Below the pieces are notes generated by a model. It was given only the letters and a program-made list of their open reading frames with translations, searched no databases and was not told where the DNA came from. This document shows, piece after piece, positions 55,786-64,000 of a stretch of 64,000 nucleotides of DNA (its first letter is position 1; each line of letters opens with the position of its first letter). Made by a program: the position numbers and the translations under genes. The stretch is from the human T2T-CHM13v2.0 reference genome, Homo sapiens, in the NCBI RefSeq assembly GCF_009914755.1, contig NC_060926.1. The stretch is one strand, 5' to 3'.

Positions 55786-57007
55786 CTATGTGGATCTATT
55801 TATCACAAACGCCGCTGGGCTGCAAGTGAAATCTCTTATACCAATAGGTCGGCTCTGATGCAGGGAGTCTGTTTTCACTTTGAACTGCTGTTCATGGCGC
55901 TGCCAGGGTGGGACTGTCACTCACCAAGCCTCCTTCCTGTCCTTGGTCTGGGGTGATTCGGCACTTCCCAGTAGGTGACTCCAGATGACAGCCAACAGCC
56001 AGCTTGCTCCTGTTCTCTTTCGCAGGCAGAGCTGGCTCTTAATTTTCATGCATTTATTCTTTAGCCACTTGAGACGCCTGGCTGGAGGGATGGGTAAGAG
56101 ATTTGGCATCTTGGTGCCTCCAAGCCTCCCGTCCAGCATGGTCCAGGTTAACAAACACCTGTAAAGCGTCCGTCTCTGCCGGCCCTGACGGACAGGGTGA
56201 GCACCCCGGTGCATCCTCCCTCCTAAGAGGATTAAGCGGGGTGTTTGGAAAACAGAGCTGCATCCCTGGAGGGAAGGTGCCACAGAGACATCAACACACA
56301 GTTCTGCATAATCGGTTCAACAGCAGAACAACAAAAAGGGGAAGAGAAGATTAAAAAATAATCCAAATGTCATAATACTGAGGAGTGTGATGAAATGGGC
56401 AATCGGGTGGAAGCATTAAACCTAGAATCACTAACCACCCCCGCTTCACTCTTCAAAACTCAAGGCTGCGGGGGGAAACAACATGCTCGTCCTTGGGAGA
56501 GCTCCTCTAAGCCCCTCCTGAAAGACGGATGTCCACTTCTGAGGCTGTCTTTGAGGATGGGCACAGGGGAAGCTGTGGCAGTCCAGCCACTCTGCGGGGA
56601 TGTCATGAATAATTAGCAGGGTCCTTCACAGTGGAGGGCAGCCCTAGTCTCTCTCCCTCTTCCTTGGTGGGAAGGAAGCCCAAGTCCCTGAGAGACACTG
56701 GTGAACATCTCCCTGGAGGCTTTGGGCTGACTGTCAACAGTGGCACCAAGGTGTAGCTCGGGGCAGGGGTGCAGGCGCTTAGCACTCAGCAAGATCTGTG
56801 GGCCTCCTCCCTGCCTCCCATTCTTTGTCATGAGCTTGGCAATGGAAGCTTCCAGTCCGCCTCTCAGTGCTGCACCCCCTCTGCCCACACTCCTGGGCAT
56901 CCAGCCCAGGGCCTGCCTTGGTGCCAGCTCTGCCCTTCCTGCCTCCTCCTTCCTGCTTTGCCTTCTCCCCCTCTCTCTTCCCCATATCCATTTCTATTTT
57001 ACAATGG

Positions 57008-57328
57008 TTCTTTTGGTTTTTTTGTTTTTGTTTTTGTTTTTTTCTTGAGAGGGAGTCTGGCCCTGTTGCCCAGGCTGGAGTGCAGTGGCGCCATCTTGGC
57101 TCACTGCAGCCTCTGCCTCCTGAGTTCAAGCGATTCTCCTGCCCCAGCCTCTGGAGTAGCTGAGATTACAGGCGCCCACCACCACGCCCAGCTAATTTTT
57201 GTATTTTTAGTAGAGATGGGGTTTCACCATGTTGGCCAGCCTGGTCTTGAACTCCTGACCTCAAATGATCCAACCGCCTCAGCCTCCCAAAGTGCTTGGA
57301 TTACAGGTGTGAGCCACTGCACCTGGCC
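57008..57328 (-). mobile_element. AluS
   Basis: TSD ctattttacaatg. Confidence 0.94.
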
Positions 57329-59499
57329 CTATTTTACAATGTTTAATGACCCAAACTTGAGGATTTTTCCACTTCTCTACACCATATAATCAAATCAAAA
57401 AATCAGATATTAGGCTTTGACAATGGGACTGAATCTTGGAAACTGGAAAGTCCAGTCTCAGGACATCCCGGAAAGTTGAGCACACAAGCAAGTCCCATGC
57501 AACTGTGTGATGAAACAGCCCCACACATCCGGGAGCACAGCCAAGGCGTCCTGTGCCACCTCCCTGGTAGAATCTGGCTTTTCAACTTGCTCACCCATGA
57601 GAGGAAAGCGGTTTTAGACATCAGGCTTACCCCTCTCCTAAGCCACACCCTTTTCTCATTCCCAGCTGAGGAACTGAGCCTGAGACACTGAGGTTCCCAG
57701 CTGCCTCCATGATTCGCCAGCACCCAGCTTCAGTTTCACATCCTCCCAATCGTCATAGCCAGGACAGCATGCCTCACTGACCACGAGGGAATGTCACATC
57801 CCGCCTGGCTGAGCCATGCCGCAGACAGGCTCCTGGCTAAGCACTTGGCCGACACCCCAATATTCAATGCTGACACACCACAAAGGCATAAGTAGGCTAA
57901 TTTTGCGGATGATGAAAATAGGACTCAAACCAAACTGTGTACAGTTGTAGGGCTTACTGAGGGCAGAAAACTTCTCCACAGCAGGTCTCTGGCAACCCAG
58001 AGCCCCTCCCTGCACTCCTGCGTCCCTGTCACTGCACCCATAGAGCCCCCAAGAGGCCTCAGTGGATCACCGGGCTTGCATAATTTTTATCTGGGCATAC
58101 ATTACCAAATTACCTCCACCCCAAAAATACCGTTCCAGGTTTCCTGTTACTATACGGAAACACTGATGTACATCATCAGCCTGTGTTCATTTTGTATACT
58201 CTCCATATAGTGGGTGGGTTGTTTTGGGATTTTGGTTTTTTTTTTTTTTGCAACCTAAAAGCTAAAATACTTTTCATGTTTAAAACTGAAATTCATATGC
58301 ATGGACAGGACATTTTTAAAAGTAAATATTTCATGGGTATTTGTCAACAGAATCTTATGGTTGATAATTTTGTAAACGATTTAACCCATCATTTCATGTG
58401 AATAAATTAAGATTTGAATATCTATAGGTAGCATAAGGTGAAAAACCTCTAAAATTTGAACCCGTATTCTGGGATGGGAGACCTTAGGCAAATTAACCTG
58501 TCTGAGCTTCAGTTTTCTCATTTGTAAGAAGGGGATGTAATATCTGTGTTCCAGGATTGTGGCGGAGATCAGAGGAGGTCATCTACCAAAAAGCCCCCAC
58601 CATCCTCACAAAATACCATTATTCTCATCATTTCATTCTTAGGTTGACTTAAATAGGGAATACAAATGTATTTACATATTCTTATTAAATTCTTAACAAT
58701 CTGATAATTTATTCAAATCCAAATCATATGTAGATAATAAAATTATCTACTGTGCATAAAACCATTAGAAAAGAATGACTCAATAACTATCACCTGACAT
58801 TTTATTTAACATGATATAGTGCGATAGTCTCGGCACAAAGTGACCTTAACTGCTTCCAAATTCCTTCCTTATTTTTCCTGTAACAAATCATATGGTGAAG
58901 GAAGACCTTCATCAGGGTCACGTAACTTGGAGGAGCTTCTTGGGGGAAGTGCACAGGCATCTCTGCGGGCTGTGGAGGAAAAGGCCCCGGAATTGGCCCC
59001 AGTGGGGCTTTTTCCCAAGAGGATCTGTCCCGTTTCCCTGTTCATGTGTTCCGTCCTCAGTAGCTGGGACCCCATTTTCTCTGTCGTATCCCACCCCCAA
59101 CACCTGACCAACTCAAATCAGCACATATATTTTAAACAGGTAGTGGATATCCAACACTGTGTCAGGGCATGGAGAAAATGGAAAAGAAACCGAAATTGTG
59201 GTCCTAGTGCTGAGACACAGGTAATCTCATCAAGCAATTTGGGCAGAGGCTGAGTTACCTGGATATTATTGCTGGTATCTGAATTTCTTAATATAAGTTC
59301 CAGAAAGCCTGGTAACTTTTAGAAGAGTATATGGTATAGCAAGGAAAGTGAATCCATTCATTCATGCAGAAATAACAGACCCTTGCATTTATCAACTCCC
59401 AGTGTGTGCAGGCCATGGAGATGCAAGAGTAAGCCTGATCTTCAACCTCAGGGAGAGCCACATCGTTTGGGGAAGGTCAGTATATAAAAAAGCAAGGCC

Positions 59500-59820
<321 letters not shown>

Positions 59821-61700
59821 TCAGTGCTCCAGAGGACTGGCCAGCACACAGCAGGATGAAAAGGAGAGCAGGGACCAGTCTCCTGGCTGTGAAGTGCTGG
59901 GAAGGTGGGATGGAAAGGACCTTAAGGACAAGATGGTCCTTGGTTGTGCCTCCCAGGATGAATGCTAGTCTGGTGGAACATTCAGAGACCAGAGTGGGAA
60001 GTCTCAGAAAGTGGCAGCATGGTGTGCCCAGAGAGAACAGGGTAAGGGGACAGGGGAGAGCTGGGGGAGACAGGAGGAGGTGCCAAATTCCATAGCTGGA
60101 GGAGAAGCTGGAGATGTAGCCAGAGATCAAACCAAAGAAGCCCCACTACACCATGCCAGAGTGTGCTCGTGATTCGGAAGGAAACAAGGACCCATCCGAT
60201 GGTTCTGAACAGGGAGGGATACAGCAGTCAGACTTGCATTTTTAAAAGATCACTCTGGCAGCGGCATGAAGGCTGGACTCGGTGGATGAGAGTCTGCAGG
60301 GAAGGACACCAGACGGGAGAGTGTCTCTGCGGTCAGGATGAGAAATGATGAGGCCCAAAGCAGGGCAATGGTGGTGGGAAGGGAAGGGGAGGCCGTTCTC
60401 ATGAGATGTTCATTCCAGCAATTCTGAGCTGACTTCTGTTGAGGAGGTATCAGCAAGTAGTGAAAGGCAAAGAAGGGTTTCACTTGCTCCACCTACGGAC
60501 TAGGAATTTCTTCTTAGTACCCCCAGTGAGCAGAAGAACCTTCTTTCACCTGCGAAGTCCCTCCTGATGGTTGGTTCTGGCAGGCTCCATCACTTAGGAG
60601 CTGGGAAACCTCGGGCAGGTCACTTTACCTCCAAGTGCCCCTTCCCCATCTGTAAGATGCAGATAACTAGTACCTACCTCACAGGGGTTGTGAGCAGTAG
60701 TGAGTAAATATCTGCAAAGTGCTTTAGTGAGGCCTGACAGGGCAAGCACTTGATAAATGCTGGCTGTTTTATGCCTGGCTCAGTCTCGCTTCTGATGGCT
60801 TGTCCTGCAGAGCTTGCTGGACCTTGCTGGAAAAATACTTGAAATTTTGAAATATGGCTTTTGTCACATATGCAATATCCACATAATGGAAGTGCCTACC
60901 AGCCAGAAACCAGGCAACTATCACACCTCAGTCCCCACCAGCTCACCATCACAGGTTCCCATGTACATACATACACACCGCCCGAGACCCTCTCCCACAA
61001 CCCCACCACAAGGGCCTCTGCCCTCAAGTATACAACTTTAGAGGGTTATTTGAAAGCAGGGCTAATAACATGTTTTTTTTTTTAATAAGACATCACATAT
61101 ACATTTTTAAGATGGGAAGTCTCTGTTTTTGTTGAGAACAACAAAGGGGAATATGACATGGAAGATCTGAGGAGACGTGATATTTGTTCGAAGACATTGA
61201 GGCTCTTTCTTGATTCCTTGAGTTTTTTTTCATGGCAGAAATTTTTAACTGACATGAAGTTCTGGTTATGAAGGAAATTCTAGAAGACAACACATCTTCT
61301 CTCCTTACTCCTGAAGGAAGAGGTTAGATTTGGACGCAACTGTGTGTGTTTAAAATAAAATGGCATTGTTCTTACTTAAATTCCAATTTCTTTTAATATT
61401 AGAGTTGGTCTTCAGTTAGTTGGTTGTGTTGGGAGAGTGATTTGGACCATATACATTACCCTCAAATATTCAAAAATGAAGGCCCAAATTTACCTATGGT
61501 GACAGAAATCACAGCAGTAGTGGCTGATGACAGAGGGCAGTGGTGGGTGATGACAGAGGGGCAGAGAGGGGACTGTGATGGCACAAAGGAGGTTTTGGGG
61601 GTGGTGGGCATGTTCTGCATCTTGACTTAGATGTGGGTCGTGCACTTGTCAAAACCCAAAGAACTGCATATCTAAGATCTTTGCATTTCACCATCTGTAA

Positions 61701-62045
<345 letters not shown>

Positions 62046-62960
62046 TGATTATTCATTTACATCATCTCCTCTGAAAACCCCATTAAGATGGGAGTAAGGG
62101 GATAATACAAACATAAACTCATGAAGACAAAGAGACCCAGAGAGAGGACATCGAGGACAAGAGAGTTGATCCAAGTTTTGAAGGCGGGAAGTGGATGGAA
62201 GGGTGGAATTGTAAGAGCAGAGAAAGCTCCAACCCCGACACTGGCAGAAAGCACCATCCACCAGAAGCTAGACACTCACCCTCAGAACCTGGGAGCCGCA
62301 GGCCTTGCTCAGGCCAGAGACTGGAGAGGAGGCACTCACCTGCTTAGGGTCAGCTATTCCCCTCTGAGGACAAGTCACCTCCCCAGAACAAGACACGTGG
62401 CAATGGTAGAACCCACAAGCTCCATCCCCTCAGCCTTGGTGAGTCACTCCAGCCCCCAGCCTCCTCTCCCTCTCTTACACCTCAAGCCTTCTAGCAAAAT
62501 TTCCCTGACTCTCGAAGGCTTTCAGGGAAAACCGAAATAATCTGTCTTCAAGCTGCTCTACTTTCAAGTGTATAAGCAACCCTGGGCCAAGACACTGAAA
62601 AAGCCAACATGTTGGAAAGAGAGGAAGAGAGAATACAGAGAGAATTGCTGGCTCTAGAAACTACTCTGTCCCTTTGACTTGGAGCCCGAGGAAGGCCAGT
62701 TACCAGGACCTTTGCAGGCAGGTCCCAACGCATTTCTAGCAAACACGGGGGCCTTAAGGCTGCAGAATGTGCGCTATGTCAGGAGGTCTCATGCAGCCAG
62801 AAGGTAGGGACATACTGTACTCTGCCTCAAATCAGCCTTCTTAAGATTCTACTCTCCTGTGGTTTAGCTTCTGTGTTCCATCTGGCACTTAACCAAGTCT
62901 CCTTGACATCTTAGTCTGGAAGCGTCTACCAGCTGTGGTGTCTGCATTAAAGCCCAGGGT

Positions 62961-63290
<330 letters not shown>

Positions 63291-64000
63291 TTAGACACCA
63301 AGGGGGTCCACAGAGCTATAAAGAGACCCTGCCACTTTAGACCTTGTCTCAGGCCCCGCTCGTAGCCCCAACTCAGCCCTCTGCCGGTAGTAGTTCTCTG
63401 CTGTCAGCCACACCCAGCTAAGCCAGGAAGAGAGACCACAGAGGCACCGCTCTGCACCAGGGCAGACTGGTTTTTATTCTGTCTGCTGCCTTAAAGTGAG
63501 ATTTCTTAATTTTTAAAATAACCTAGAAACAAACATAGGGTTTTGTACACTATCCAAAGAGTTACTGGCATTGCCTAATTATGTGTGAGAACATTCAGTC
63601 TTCAGAAGGGAAGAGGGACATTCCCTCTGCAAAGTAATTCCTGCGTCCCTGCCCCTGCATGGGAGTCACCATTTGACCCCAAAGCTCTGGGCACTGCTTA
63701 CAGGCTCACATATGCCCAAGCTAAAGGACAGCTTCCAAGCCCCTCCACCAAGCAGAAGAACGTCTCCCTGCAATTGGTTTGAGAAGGAATTTTTTAAGCA
63801 CCTCACCTGGGCCAAATGGAGGAGGCTGCCTATCAATTGTTGTACTAGGAAGCATTTAACACAGAAGCCATAGAAACCGGCTCACGACCTTTCAACCTTC
63901 AGCTTTAAGGAATCCTCAACAAATATACAGGGACGTTTTCCAAAGCGTTGACACATTATTAGTCTTCTTTTTAGAAATGGCCCATCATTAAATAGAGTGG

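Overview
Mammalian DNA. The Alu, L1PA and MER41 content makes it primate, and the protein matches my recall of human STEAP3. The window holds the whole coding region of STEAP3 (TSAP6/Dudulin-2, an endosomal ferric/cupric reductase) on the + strand. Five coding exons (4543-4564, 18997-19496, 21187-21714, 28191-28355, 36562-36843) have GT-AG boundaries and join to 1497 nt, giving 498 aa, or 488 aa from the second ATG at 19005. A ~2.3-kb 3'UTR ends after AATAAA at 39132. The first non-coding exon and main promoter appear to lie upstream of the window. From ~40 kb on the sequence is repeat-dense: decayed L1, ~15 Alus and two ERVL-type solo LTRs. I found no new gene system. The most interesting observations are: (1) several locally templated insertions, i.e. 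direct or inverted copies of neighbouring sequence, at 2.7, 10.7, 28.7 and 47.1 kb; (2) an alternative cassette exon that would remove the second heme ligand and may escape NMD; (3) an intronic MER41 LTR with two intact tandem GAS motifs; (4) a uORF and weak Kozak context on the long-isoform exon; (5) repeated use of one L1 endonuclease target site. Alignments and repeat-family calls were made by eye, so subfamily names and repeat boundaries are approximate.
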